Source: an uncultured archaeon (GTDB lineage: Archaea > Asgardarchaeota > Lokiarchaeia > Sigyniarchaeales > SOKP01). Taken from it: a stretch of DNA of 64,000 bases. Where the stretch lies: NCBI GenBank assembly GCA_964447495.1, contig CAYUTF010000004.1, forward strand, positions 13,438 to 77,437, written 5' to 3'. Shown in pieces: positions 35,910 through 46,198 of the stretch (within the stretch, counting starts at the first letter, position 1; each line of letters begins with the position of its first letter). The notes below the pieces were generated by a model. It did no database searches and was not told where the DNA came from. It saw nothing but the letters and a program-made list of their open reading frames with translations. A program made the position numbers and the translations under genes.

Positions 35910-35969
35910 AATTTTTGAGAGTTGATGTGAATTTTTGATGTAATCTGCATAGGAGCTGCCCTTGTAGAT

Positions 35970-36890
35970 ATGATCGCTCAAGTGGAGAGATATCCTAGAA
36001 ATGATGATGAAGTTTTTGTATCAGATTTGAACCTAATGTCCGGAGGCGCCGCCGCAAATACAGCCTGTGCATGTGCTAAGTTAGGGTTGTCAACAGCTTT
36101 TATAGGGATGATAGGAAAAAATGATATATTTGCTGAAAAAATAATTAATGATTTTCATGCTATGAAGGTATCAACTCATTATTTAAAATATAATAAAGAT
36201 TATGTAACGGGATCTGCATTCATAGCGCTTAATAAAGAGGGTGAACGAAGGATTTTTGCTCATAGTGGAGCCGCAAATTATCTTTCAAAAGAGGAGATAT
36301 TAATCGAGGAGATTGAAAATACTAAAGTATTATTTCTTAGTAGTTTGAAGAATTTAGAGCCTTTTATAAAAGCTGCTGAATTTGCTAAAAGGAAAGGAAT
36401 ATATGTAATTCTGAATCCCGGTATGTTAATAATTAATCAAGGATTTGAAAATGTGAAAGAATTATTTGGATTAATAGATATTTTAATACTTTCAAAAAAT
36501 GAATTTATGACGTTATATAACTTAGATATTTTAGATTTTAAAGCTAACACTGTTAATAAGAAGTTCAAATCTCTTTTTTCTTTAGGGATTAAAATATTAA
36601 TTATTACTTTAGGAAAAGAAGGAGCCTATTTAATAAACCAAACCTCAAAAATTCTTATAAAATCATATCAGGTAAATAAAGTAGTTGATACGACAGGAGC
36701 GGGTGACGCCTTTTCTGCAGGATTTATCTTTAGTTTCCTCAATAATTTAAGTTTTAATTTTAATCATTTAATACCAAATGTGAGAATTGGGAATTTTGTT
36801 GCCAGTAAGTGCATTCAAGAATTAGGAGCAAGAAATGGAATTCCTAATTTAGAAGAAGTAAAAAATTTTATTAATAATATTCAACTGTAA
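35970..36890 (+). CDS. PfkB-family carbohydrate kinase (ribokinase-like)
   Basis: GGAAANTA and DTTGAGDAF signatures. The conserved first beta-strand (FDVICIGAALVD) is encoded in frame upstream of the first ATG, so the real start may be a non-ATG codon near 35931. Confidence 0.75.
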   Translation: MIAQVERYPRNDDEVFVSDLNLMSGGAAANTACACAKLGLSTAFIGMIGKNDIFAEKIINDFHAMKVSTHYLKYNKDYVTGSAFIALNKEGERRIFAHSGAANYLSKEEILIEEIENTKVLFLSSLKNLEPFIKAAEFAKRKGIYVILNPGMLIINQGFENVKELFGLIDILILSKNEFMTLYNLDILDFKANTVNKKFKSLFSLGIKILIITLGKEGAYLINQTSKILIKSYQVNKVVDTTGAGDAFSAGFIFSFLNNLSFNFNHLIPNVRIGNFVASKCIQELGARNGIPNLEEVKNFINNIQL

Positions 36891-36951
36891 AGATAATAAT
36901 TTTTTATATTATTGTTTTTTATTTATATTATTCAGAATATGGAGATAGATA

Positions 36952-38022
36952 ATGAGAAGGAGACTAAATACTAGAAAGAGGATATTTAAGGAGAGATTCT
37001 ATTTCTTTGCAGAAGTTTTAGTAGTGTTTTTAACAACTTTTATTTTGCTCTTATACCCCACTTTATTTACTTTATTAATTAATGATACAAATAAAAGTAT
37101 AATATCACCTATTTATTATTTATTAAGAGCTCTAGTAATAATCATAGCTATTGTATTAGCTTTAATTTTTAGTAATTACATATTTCAATCTCAGAAGAGG
37201 AAGATAATTTTAAAAGAAGATATTAATCCGTCTGTAAAGTTTTTAAACCTTTTCAAGATTTCAAAGTCAAATTTTAAATATCAACTTCTTTATGGTATTT
37301 TATTGTTATTTTTAGTATTTATTCCTCTTGATTTTTTTACGTATCTATTTATTCCCGAGATGTTAAACTATATCTCATATTCCTTAGGAGCCTATTCTGA
37401 AGCATCTATTAATTCTTATCTATTAGAAAGTTATTCAATTTTCTTAATTTCAGTACTAGTAATTCAATTTTCCGTTGCAATTTATGAGGAAGTTTTAAAT
37501 AGGGGTTTTTTGACTAACAGAGGAAGTGAATACTTGAATAATATGTCTGCTGTGATAATTTCTGCATTTTTCTTTGGGCTTGGTCATTTTGCGTATATCT
37601 TATATCCAAGCTCAACTGGAGTATCCTTTATTTTCCCTCTTATCTGGTTATTCCAAAGCTTCTTTGTTGGAATAATTTTATCAATGATCTTATTAAGAAA
37701 AAGATGGATTTTTCCCGGGATTTTCGCACATGCTTTAAATAATATTATTTCAGCGCATGCTATTTGGAATTTTTTACAAGGAAATGATTTCAGTATTATT
37801 GCCATATATTTATATTTACCCTTGTTAGTAATTAGTGTATTTTTACTGATATGGCAATTTTCACGAGTAAAAGAAAGTCTTTCAATTGGAATAAAAGAAT
37901 TTTCTTCATATTTTAAGAACGACAGAAAGATTAAAGAAACTACAACTGATAAAATTATCCGAATATTATTAGATTTCTTATTTGGTTTAATTATTTATGC
38001 AGTTGGAATTATTTTAATTTGA
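36952..38022 (+). CDS. CPBP-family intramembrane glutamic endopeptidase (CAAX protease-like)
   Basis: Multiple TM helices. Motifs EEVLNRGF, FGLGH and FAHALNN. Confidence 0.75.
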   Translation: MRRRLNTRKRIFKERFYFFAEVLVVFLTTFILLLYPTLFTLLINDTNKSIISPIYYLLRALVIIIAIVLALIFSNYIFQSQKRKIILKEDINPSVKFLNLFKISKSNFKYQLLYGILLLFLVFIPLDFFTYLFIPEMLNYISYSLGAYSEASINSYLLESYSIFLISVLVIQFSVAIYEEVLNRGFLTNRGSEYLNNMSAVIISAFFFGLGHFAYILYPSSTGVSFIFPLIWLFQSFFVGIILSMILLRKRWIFPGIFAHALNNIISAHAIWNFLQGNDFSIIAIYLYLPLLVISVFLLIWQFSRVKESLSIGIKEFSSYFKNDRKIKETTTDKIIRILLDFLFGLIIYAVGIILI

Positions 38023-38037
38023 AGGTAAAATGATCTG

Positions 38038-38559
38038 ATGGTTAAATATGGTATAATCTCGGATACACATTTTAAATCAAACAGTGATTCAGAGGGCTCT
38101 GATTTTGTTCTTAAACAATTGAAAAAAATTTTTCGAGACGTTGATGAAATAATTCATGTTGGAGATATCTGCCAAGGATTTTTTTTGAATGAATTAAATA
38201 AAATAGCCCCAACTAAAGCCATTGCCGGTGAATGTGACCTTATAAAAAGCTTGCCTAAATACTTGGAGTTTTATTCAGGAAAATATAAAATAGGAGTAAT
38301 ACATGAAAAACCTATTAATTTAGAAAATTTTTTTATTGAAAATAAATTGCATATTTTAATTTTTGGTCATACTCATCAACCTTTAATAGAAGGGACACCG
38401 TTTAATACACTATTAATCAATCCTGGTAGCCCTACTCTGCCAATAGCGCCCTCACAAAAGAGAGGTTTCAATAAACCAATTGCTAGACCGAGTGTTATCA
38501 CAATGAATATAAATAAGAATGATATATTATCGACTTACATTATAAATTTAAAAATATAA
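38038..38559 (+). CDS. YfcE/MJ0936-family metallophosphoesterase
   Basis: GIISDTH, HVGDI, GECD, GHTH and NPGS motifs. Confidence 0.75.
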   Translation: MVKYGIISDTHFKSNSDSEGSDFVLKQLKKIFRDVDEIIHVGDICQGFFLNELNKIAPTKAIAGECDLIKSLPKYLEFYSGKYKIGVIHEKPINLENFFIENKLHILIFGHTHQPLIEGTPFNTLLINPGSPTLPIAPSQKRGFNKPIARPSVITMNINKNDILSTYIINLKI

Positions 38560-38639
38560 AAACAATTAAGTTAAAATTAAATATTAAATAGTCCATATTA
38601 TTTATTATTTAATCAAAGTATTGAGTTGTTTATTTTTCT

Positions 38640-39038
38640 ATGGTTAGCAGACTTGAGATGGTTCTTAAAGAACTCAATGAAAATGGGAATTTTAGGGCTT
38701 CTTTATTCGCAACCTCTACAGGATTGGTTCTAGCTTCTCAAAAATCCGATGAGATTGATGAGAGAGCTGTTGCCGCAATGGGATCATTACTAAGTGACTC
38801 TGCATACAAAGCTTCTGAAGAATTAGACTTATCTTTGTTAAGTAGCTTAAAGATAAAATATAAAAATGATTTTATCGTATGTCGCAATATAATCATGCCC
38901 GATGAAAAAACACAATTTTTATTAGCTGTTCTCAGTAAAGCTCCTGATTCTGACGACGTGGAAAAATATTTTGATCAATTATTAGATTGGGCAGTTGAAA
39001 ACTCAGCTGAGGATCTTCAAAAATTATCCTCCATATAA
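38640..39038 (+). CDS. Roadblock/LC7 (MglB-like) domain protein
   Basis: Size and pattern L..L....G...A.L....GLVLAS...........AAM.SLL, typical of Roadblock/LC7. The by-eye assignment is moderately confident. Confidence 0.6.
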   Translation: MVSRLEMVLKELNENGNFRASLFATSTGLVLASQKSDEIDERAVAAMGSLLSDSAYKASEELDLSLLSSLKIKYKNDFIVCRNIIMPDEKTQFLLAVLSKAPDSDDVEKYFDQLLDWAVENSAEDLQKLSSI

Positions 39039-39153
39039 TTACGCTAGTTTTTAGTCATTTCCTCCTCTTTTCTATTTTTTATAATCCTAAATAGTGTAGA
39101 TTTTATAACTTAGAAATAATATATTTAAAAATGTTAATTGCAATTGACACTAT

Positions 39154-40188
39154 ATGAAAGCAGCATTTATAGAAAAACATGGAGAATTAGAACAACTGAA
39201 AATTGGACAACTATCAACGCCAAATGTACATTCAAACGAAGTACTAATCGAAACTAAGTTTGGTGCTATAAATCACATTGATTTATTTATTATTAAAGGT
39301 TGGCCGGGGTTAAATATCCCTCTTCCTCATGTTATTGGCAGTGATGGAAGCGGAATAGTAAAAGAGGTTGGATCAGAAGTTACTACTCTAAAGGTTGGAG
39401 ATAGGGTTACTGTTAATCCTGGTTTAAGTTGTGGAAAATGCCAATCATGTCTCTCGGGAAAACAAAATTTTTGTAAAGATTTTTCCATTCTAGGAGAACA
39501 TCAATGGGGCACTTATTCAGAGTACTTTAAAGTACCTGATATAAATGTTTTAAAAGTTCCTACAAATTTTCAACTAGAAGCAGCCGCGGCTGTACCTTTA
39601 ACTTTTTTAACTGCTTGGAGAATGCTTACTACTCAAGCTAATCTAAAAGCAGAAGAATTTGTTTTCATTCATGGAGCTGGAGGAGGTGTTTCTACGGCGG
39701 CAATTCAAATTGCAAAACATTTAGGAGCAATTGTTATTACTTCGACAAGTTCCAGAGAAAAAATGGAAAAGGCACGAAAATTAGGAGCAGATCATGTAGT
39801 TAATTATGTTGAGAACCCGAATTATAGCAAAACAATATATTCTGAAATTACAAAAAAGCGTGGGGTTGATATAGTTATAGATAGTATCGGTAAAGATACT
39901 TTTCAAAATAGTATTCGCCTATTAAGACCAGGAGGACGTATAATTATCCCTGGAGCTACATCTGGACCTATTTCAGAAATAGATCTTAGGCAAATATTTT
40001 GGAAGCAACTAAAAGTTATCGGATCTACCATGAGTAACCAAAAGGAATTTCGAGAAGTAATGAGTTTATTATTTACTGGTAAATTAAAACCAATTATAGA
40101 TAAAATATATCCATTAGAGAATATTATTGAGGCAGAGCAATATTTAAACAGGCACAAACAATTTGGCAAGGTTCTATTGAAAATCTAA
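39154..40188 (+). CDS. Zinc-type alcohol dehydrogenase / quinone oxidoreductase (MDR superfamily)
   Basis: GSDGSGIVKEVG, structural-zinc CGKCQSCLSGKQNFC, and Rossmann motif HGAGGGVS. Confidence 0.8.
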   Translation: MKAAFIEKHGELEQLKIGQLSTPNVHSNEVLIETKFGAINHIDLFIIKGWPGLNIPLPHVIGSDGSGIVKEVGSEVTTLKVGDRVTVNPGLSCGKCQSCLSGKQNFCKDFSILGEHQWGTYSEYFKVPDINVLKVPTNFQLEAAAAVPLTFLTAWRMLTTQANLKAEEFVFIHGAGGGVSTAAIQIAKHLGAIVITSTSSREKMEKARKLGADHVVNYVENPNYSKTIYSEITKKRGVDIVIDSIGKDTFQNSIRLLRPGGRIIIPGATSGPISEIDLRQIFWKQLKVIGSTMSNQKEFREVMSLLFTGKLKPIIDKIYPLENIIEAEQYLNRHKQFGKVLLKI

Positions 40189-40202
40189 GCCAAAAGTAGT
40201 TT

Positions 40203-40841
40203 CTATTTAATAGAGGAATAAAAATTGTATACTTTTTCAGCTACTTGATTTTCATATCCCCAATAAAAGTGATCAGCACCATCTATTATATCAAATTTTT
40301 TGGGTTCATTATAATCATTGTAATGTCCAAGAAATTTATCATAATGTGCTAAAGTATCCCTATTACCTTGAAGGAATAATTTTGGTTTATCCGTTTGAGA
40401 AAGAATTTTATATTTTTGACCCATAAAATCCCATGGAAATGAAATTGCGATAAATCCAATAATTTTAGATGAATAGCTAACGATACTACATCCAATAGCA
40501 GCGCCATAGGAGTAGCCACATATTAATATAGAATCTATTTTTAAATTTTTAATTAAATAATCAACACATGCCTTCACATCACTTATTTCTCCTTCGCCAT
40601 TAGTGTGACTTCCAGTAGAATTACCTACTGCCCTGAAATTAAACCTTAAAGTGGTTTTATGATTTTCTATAAATTTATTAAATATACTTGAAACCACATT
40701 GTTATGCATATCACCTCCATATAGGGGATGTGGATGGCAAATCAATATAGATGTTTTAATCTTTTCATTCTTAGGTTGGTAGTATTCTGCTTCCAGTTTT
40801 ATATCAGTATTGGAAATAAATATGTGTTGAATGTCTGGCAT
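40203..40841 (-). CDS. Alpha/beta hydrolase
   Basis: Nucleophile elbow GYSYGA, HPHPLYGG near the N-terminus, and C-terminal GADHF. Confidence 0.65.
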   Translation of the reverse strand: MPDIQHIFISNTDIKLEAEYYQPKNEKIKTSILICHPHPLYGGDMHNNVVSSIFNKFIENHKTTLRFNFRAVGNSTGSHTNGEGEISDVKACVDYLIKNLKIDSILICGYSYGAAIGCSIVSYSSKIIGFIAISFPWDFMGQKYKILSQTDKPKLFLQGNRDTLAHYDKFLGHYNDYNEPKKFDIIDGADHFYWGYENQVAEKVYNFYSSIK

Positions 40842-40903
40842 AATTTTAATTAATTACCACTATATAATAATAATACTGAAATTAAATTCAATTAATCTAA
40901 TTC

Positions 40904-41758
40904 ATGAGTTATAATAAAATATTAATTGAAAGAAAGCTAAGGGAATTTCTTGAGGAAGATTCTAATTATACAGATGTGAGTTCATCTACTATCCCCATAG
41001 AAGCGATATCATCGGCAAAAATTATTTCTAAAAGTAATGGATATATCTCAGGCTTAGAGGAATTGAAGATCTTATTTGATTTATTGAATGTACAAATAAA
41101 TTTAAAGAAAAATGATGGAGATCCCATTAAAAACGGGGATATCATTGCTGAATTAACAGGAAATACGCGTAATATCTTAATTGGGGAAAGAATTGGACTT
41201 AATTTGATTACTCACATGAGTGCAATAACTTCAACTACACGGAAATATGTATCAATAATACACGATTCAAATAAGCGCGTCAAAATCGCTTGTACAAGAA
41301 AGACAACTCCGGGATTAAGAATATTTGAAAAAAAAGCTACAGTTTTAGGAGGAGGAGACCCTCATAGATTTTCATTAGATGATATGATCCTTTTAAAAGA
41401 CACACATCTTAAGTTTTATGATGGGAAAATATCACTATTACTCTCAGATATAAAAAAATCTGCAAGCTTCTCAAAAAAAATTGAAATTGAAATAGAGAAA
41501 GTCGATGATGTTTTAATTGCAGCAAGAGGTGGAGCGGATATAATTATGTTAGATAACTTTACAGCAGAAATGGTAGATAAGGCAATCAAATTATTAAATA
41601 AACATAATTTACGAGAACATGTATTAATTGAGGTTTCAGGTAATATCAATCAAAAAAATATAGCAGATTACTTAATTTCAGAACCAGATATTATTAGCAC
41701 TAGTGAGATTACCCAAAGGCCATCTGAATTTGTGGATTTATCCCTTAGATTTAATTAA
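40904..41758 (+). CDS. nadC: Nicotinate-nucleotide pyrophosphorylase (quinolinate phosphoribosyltransferase)
   Basis: GERIGLNL, CTRKTTPGLR, GGGDPHRFSL, IMLDN and EVSGNI motifs. Confidence 0.85.
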   Translation: MSYNKILIERKLREFLEEDSNYTDVSSSTIPIEAISSAKIISKSNGYISGLEELKILFDLLNVQINLKKNDGDPIKNGDIIAELTGNTRNILIGERIGLNLITHMSAITSTTRKYVSIIHDSNKRVKIACTRKTTPGLRIFEKKATVLGGGDPHRFSLDDMILLKDTHLKFYDGKISLLLSDIKKSASFSKKIEIEIEKVDDVLIAARGGADIIMLDNFTAEMVDKAIKLLNKHNLREHVLIEVSGNINQKNIADYLISEPDIISTSEITQRPSEFVDLSLRFN

Positions 41759-41760
41759 AG

Positions 41761-42189
41761 TTAATCTATTAATATTTCGTGTATACTAGAAATTACTTCG
41801 CGAATTCTTGCCAGACTCTGATAAAAATCTTTAATCAGTCCAAATTCGCCAACCACTAAGACATTTTCAATTTTTTTTTCAGCAATCCTCCAATCTGTTG
41901 CTGCCTTTATTATTGAATGGAAGTTATGATAAATTTCGGAAATTTCGTCAGCAATTTGTTCTTTGAATGGATAAACTAAGTTTATAGCCATTATTTTGTA
42001 ACCTTCCAAATTCTCAAATTTCTCATGATTTTCAATAAATTTCACTATTGCGTCCCTTAAAGCTTCACTTTTTGAATTGAAACCACTTTGATTTCGAACT
42101 TTCTCAAATCTATCTAGTAAATCATCACTTACTTGTAATGAAATAATTTTCATTATAAATTCTATTAAAGAATTGTTTATTAAAAACAT
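41761..42189 (-). CDS. Ribbon-helix-helix (CopG/NikR-like) transcriptional regulator
   Basis: MKIISLQVSDDLLDRFEKV...SKSEALRDAI is an RHH motif, followed by an ACT-like C-terminal domain. The likely true start is the ATG at 42153. Confidence 0.55.
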   Translation of the reverse strand: MFLINNSLIEFIMKIISLQVSDDLLDRFEKVRNQSGFNSKSEALRDAIVKFIENHEKFENLEGYKIMAINLVYPFKEQIADEISEIYHNFHSIIKAATDWRIAEKKIENVLVVGEFGLIKDFYQSLARIREVISSIHEILID

Positions 42190-42229
42190 GTAAGAAAAGT
42201 TCTTGATACTATGTTTAAAAATGGATTTT

Positions 42230-43060
42230 TTAAATGAATGCTTTAATATATTCGATGCTTTGCTTTAATCCCTTCGCAGAGGATAATTCAATAATTAAAG
42301 ATCCTTTATAATTATAATTTTTAATAGTATTAAGTATCCTTTTAAAATCTATTTTCCCACTACCAAGCGGAGGATGAGGATCTGCTTCCTTAGTATAATT
42401 ATCAACAAGATGAACGTTTTTTATTACATTATATATTTCTTTCCATAGAAGATTGACATCTCCTGTATTTGTATAATAATGACTTGTATCAAAAGTCATA
42501 AAAAGGTCGTTTCTATTTACACTTTTAAAGATATCGATAATATTGTTATGATCAAGCATAATAAAGGTGTCTTTTGGCATATTTTCTAAAGCTACAATAA
42601 AATTTTGATCATTAATGGAATCTATTAAATTATTTAAAGCTTTTACGAGTTGTATTTTATTATATTCTCTAAGTGATTTAATCATAGAATTCGCTACCCC
42701 TGGATGGATAGTCATTAAATTAATGCTTAATTCTTTGCAAATTTTGTAGGTTTCGATGTAAGCTTCTATAGAGGCGAGAGAAATCGTCGAATTATGAGAA
42801 CAGAGGCTTATATCAATATAAGGGCCATGAACTTGTTTTTTGATAGAATAAGATCGAATTAGGTTAAAAAATTTATGTTTTGAATCCTCTCTGAGCAAAT
42901 CTTGAGGTTCGATGACTATTTCTACAACATTAATATCATTTTCTTCGGCAAAGTTTAAACAAGTTTCTGTTGCTTCATAAAAATTCTTAAACATGTCATT
43001 GAATTTGTTAGCTATGGCAAAATCAATGAGATGTCCAAGTGTACTAATTCCTAATTGCAT
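42230..43060 (-). CDS. Sugar-phosphate isomerase/epimerase (xylose-isomerase-like TIM barrel)
   Basis: Family-typical pattern of about 275 aa with VEIV, HGPY, IHPG, LENM and FDTSH segments. Confidence 0.7.
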   Translation of the reverse strand: MQLGISTLGHLIDFAIANKFNDMFKNFYEATETCLNFAEENDINVVEIVIEPQDLLREDSKHKFFNLIRSYSIKKQVHGPYIDISLCSHNSTISLASIEAYIETYKICKELSINLMTIHPGVANSMIKSLREYNKIQLVKALNNLIDSINDQNFIVALENMPKDTFIMLDHNNIIDIFKSVNRNDLFMTFDTSHYYTNTGDVNLLWKEIYNVIKNVHLVDNYTKEADPHPPLGSGKIDFKRILNTIKNYNYKGSLIIELSSAKGLKQSIEYIKAFI

Positions 43061-43081
43061 TATTGAACACTTTAATTATGT

Positions 43082-43762
43082 TTATAGATCTTTAAGCATA
43101 TTTCGAGGGCAATTAGAAAACAATGTTTTAAACATATTTTTAAATTTATCCAAAGGCTCCTTATCTAGAACATAAGGATTACCTATTTGTAGTGCCCCCC
43201 AATACACTTTTGCTAATTTTTCTACGAATTCCGCATTTTTAACAGCATTTGGAATAGATTTTCCACATACAATAACTCCATGATTTGCTAAGAGGGCTCC
43301 GTTCTTATATCCCAATGCTATAAGAGCAGATTCACCTATATCATCTGTATGAGCTTCTCCATAGGGTGATATATCTATTGAGCCCCCCAGGTAAATAACC
43401 TGTTCTTCCATAATAATAGGAATGTTTTTTCTAACTATAGAAAGCATAGATGCATAGGTTGAATGGGTATGAATGACGCATTTTACTTTAGGACGCGATT
43501 TATAAAGCACGGAGTGTAATTTAACTTCTGTTGAAGGTAATTTTCCAGAGCTTAATGCTGTGCCATCAAATGTTATATGTACGATTTGATCAGCTGTAAA
43601 TGTTTGATAATTATTTCCTGTAGGGGTTATTAACAGTTCATCTTTTTTTGGAATTCTAAGACTAATGTTTCCTTCATTATTTTCTAATATACCTTTATTA
43701 AATAAATCTCTTCCAGCATTAACTATTTCTTCCCTTAAACTATTTAGATAGTCATCATCCAT
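43082..43762 (-). CDS. Class II aldolase/adducin-family protein (fuculose-P aldolase / ribulose-5-P epimerase-like)
   Basis: EGNISLRI, PSTEVKLH, IHTHSTYAS and ANHGVIVCG (zinc-binding His set). Confidence 0.8.
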   Translation of the reverse strand: MDDDYLNSLREEIVNAGRDLFNKGILENNEGNISLRIPKKDELLITPTGNNYQTFTADQIVHITFDGTALSSGKLPSTEVKLHSVLYKSRPKVKCVIHTHSTYASMLSIVRKNIPIIMEEQVIYLGGSIDISPYGEAHTDDIGESALIALGYKNGALLANHGVIVCGKSIPNAVKNAEFVEKLAKVYWGALQIGNPYVLDKEPLDKFKNMFKTLFSNCPRNMLKDL

Positions 43763-43985
43763 ATTTTAACATCTCAAAAAATTAATATATTTAAGAGTAA
43801 TAAAAATGCAATTTAAATAAAATATTCGATACAAATATTTGGAAATTGCTAATAATTTATTAAAATCAGAAGATTGTCGCTTTGGTAGTTAATAAACAAT
43901 AATTCTAGATGGTCATTTTTTTTAAAAGGTTTCTAATTATTTCATTTTTGACACATTAAAAAATAGTTTTAAATTACGATGATAT

Positions 43986-45074
43986 ATGTCTCGAATAATT
44001 TTTCATTGTGATATAGATTGTTTCTTTGCTGCTGTAGAGATTCGAGATAACATTGAATATAGGAACAAGCCAGTCATTATTGGGGCTGATCCTAAGGAAG
44101 GAAAAGGGCGTGGTGTAGTATCAACATGTTCTTATGAAGCAAGAGAATTCGGGTTGCACTCTGCAATGCCAATTTCAAAAGCTTATAGATTATGTCCCAA
44201 TGGTATCTATTTAAAGCCAAATTTTAATAAATACCAAAAAGCCTCTAAAGAGGTTATACAGATTCTAAGATCATACTCCCCTAAAATTCAACAAGTAAGC
44301 ATAGATGAGGCTTATCTTGATATGACTGAAATTTGCTCTTCTTTCGAGGAAGCGAAACAACTAGCAAAAAGGATTCAGGAAGTGATATTTAATAATGTTG
44401 GAATTACAATATCTATAGGATGTGCTTCTAGTAAATCTATTGCTAAAATAGCATCAGATTATAATAAACCAAATGGAATAACGATCGTAAAAGATGAAGA
44501 AAGAACCGAATTTCTTAAGGATATGGATATAACGCGAATTCCAGGCATAGGAAAAAAGTCTAAATTGTATTATAGCAAAAAAGGTATCAATACAATTGGA
44601 GATATTATTCGTTTGTCGCGATATCAGATGATTGAAAAATTTGGAAAAAATGGAGAATGGGTCTGGAATGTTGCAAATGGTTTAGATATGAGAGAAGTGA
44701 AAGAGTTCCATGATGAGAGAAAATCAATTAGTAAAGAAAGAACTTTTTATGAGGATACAAATAATTTTAAAGAAATAATTTCAAAATTGGAAGAAATTAA
44801 TAACAAAATTCATAATAAATTAGAAAAAAAGGAGATTTTTTATCGGACAGTGACTCTGAAGATAAGATTTGAAGGCTTTCAAACTTATACAAGGTCTAGA
44901 TCCTTTTCCAACTATATAAGAAATAGAAATAAAGCCTTAAGAATTATCATCGAATTGATGAGGGAATTTCGAAGTAAAAATAAGAAAGTTAGATTAGTTG
45001 GTGTTCGAATCTCTAATTTAAAAACAAAGTTAAATAACGCACAAACCAATATGTTGAATTATATTCAAATATAA
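43986..45074 (+). CDS. dpo4: Y-family DNA polymerase IV (Dpo4/Dbh)
   Basis: FHCDIDCFFAAVE, SIDEAYLD, SIGCASSK..AKIAS and IPGIGKK motifs. Confidence 0.9.
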   Translation: MSRIIFHCDIDCFFAAVEIRDNIEYRNKPVIIGADPKEGKGRGVVSTCSYEAREFGLHSAMPISKAYRLCPNGIYLKPNFNKYQKASKEVIQILRSYSPKIQQVSIDEAYLDMTEICSSFEEAKQLAKRIQEVIFNNVGITISIGCASSKSIAKIASDYNKPNGITIVKDEERTEFLKDMDITRIPGIGKKSKLYYSKKGINTIGDIIRLSRYQMIEKFGKNGEWVWNVANGLDMREVKEFHDERKSISKERTFYEDTNNFKEIISKLEEINNKIHNKLEKKEIFYRTVTLKIRFEGFQTYTRSRSFSNYIRNRNKALRIIIELMREFRSKNKKVRLVGVRISNLKTKLNNAQTNMLNYIQI

Positions 45075-45090
45075 TTATAAAATTTAAGTG

Positions 45091-46020
45091 TTAGTTAAAG
45101 ATATTACTATTATTTCTTATTGCTTCTAAAATCTCCTTATGAAAGTTTCCATTTGAGGAAATAAGTCCCGGTGCAGTTATGACGCATTTATTTTGCACAT
45201 ATTGGGCTGGTTTTCCATTTAGATCAGTTACAACCCCACCCGCTTCATTTACCAATAAATCTCCGGGTAAAAAATCCCAAATATAAGAAAGATCCATTTT
45301 CATCGGTTTAAGATATAACTCAGCGGATCCATCCGCAATCATGCAGAATTTAGCCATACTATCTATTTGAATAAATTTTTCTATTCCTAATATTTTAGCT
45401 AATTTCATCACCCATGGCTCATCATAATGTAATGAATGGCATAAAAAAGATTGGTTTATATTTTTTTGTTCACTCACTTTAATCGTTACGAATTTTTTGC
45501 CACCATAAGATGCTTGAGCACCATGATTTTTATTTGCAACGAATATTGCTACGCCCTCCTCATTATAATTCGGAACACCGATAATACTAAGTGTTTTTTC
45601 ATAATTAGACATTAATCCTATACCTATAGCATAAGATAAACCTTCTTGGTAACCCTTTGTTCCATCAATTGGATCAATAGACCATTGTCTTTCAGATTTA
45701 GGTCCTCTATAGTTAAGAATGTCTCTGAAATTAAGTTTAACATTGAGATTTAAAGCATTAAAGCAGTTTTGTATTATTTTTTCAGGCCTCAAATTAAGTT
45801 GAGAGGAATAACTTTCTTCAGCGACTATTGAATCATTGGGATAAATTTCTTTCAGTTTACTAATTATATAAATTTGGGAAGCATAATCCGCAAGAGTGAC
45901 GGGAGATTTATCTTGTTTTATATATGATTGATAACCCTCTTCCCTGAACCATTCAGTTATGTTAATAGCGTTTTTGATTATTGCAATCATTAATTGAATA
46001 TCTTTATTATTATCAATCAT
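45091..46020 (-). CDS. 3-prime(2-prime),5-prime-bisphosphate nucleotidase / inositol monophosphatase family (HAL2/CysQ-like)
   Basis: KSPVTLADYASQ, VAEES, WSIDPIDGTKGY and WDFLPG motifs. Confidence 0.8.
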   Translation of the reverse strand: MIDNNKDIQLMIAIIKNAINITEWFREEGYQSYIKQDKSPVTLADYASQIYIISKLKEIYPNDSIVAEESYSSQLNLRPEKIIQNCFNALNLNVKLNFRDILNYRGPKSERQWSIDPIDGTKGYQEGLSYAIGIGLMSNYEKTLSIIGVPNYNEEGVAIFVANKNHGAQASYGGKKFVTIKVSEQKNINQSFLCHSLHYDEPWVMKLAKILGIEKFIQIDSMAKFCMIADGSAELYLKPMKMDLSYIWDFLPGDLLVNEAGGVVTDLNGKPAQYVQNKCVITAPGLISSNGNFHKEILEAIRNNSNIFN

Positions 46021-46198
46021 TTTCCTAATGAAAAATTTTGATTTTATTATTGATATATTGTAAAAAATTAACCTTCTTAATTTAGATTTTTTTTCTTTTT
46101 TTATAAATTAAAAATATATTGGATAGATCTTTTTATGTTCTATAACCTAAACTTATATTATTATTTCCTAACTGATATTAATTAATAAAATAATAAGG

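Noticed and set aside
42993-43175. 60-aa plus-strand ORF bridging the isomerase and aldolase genes. Other shadow ORFs were noted at 35021-35338, 35541-35735, 37584-37805, 39903-40169, 41416-41649, 50044-50235, 53394-53591, 54195-54455, 55035-55217, 56081-56275 and 59469-59687.
   Set aside because: All are antisense to well-supported genes and show shadow-frame composition.
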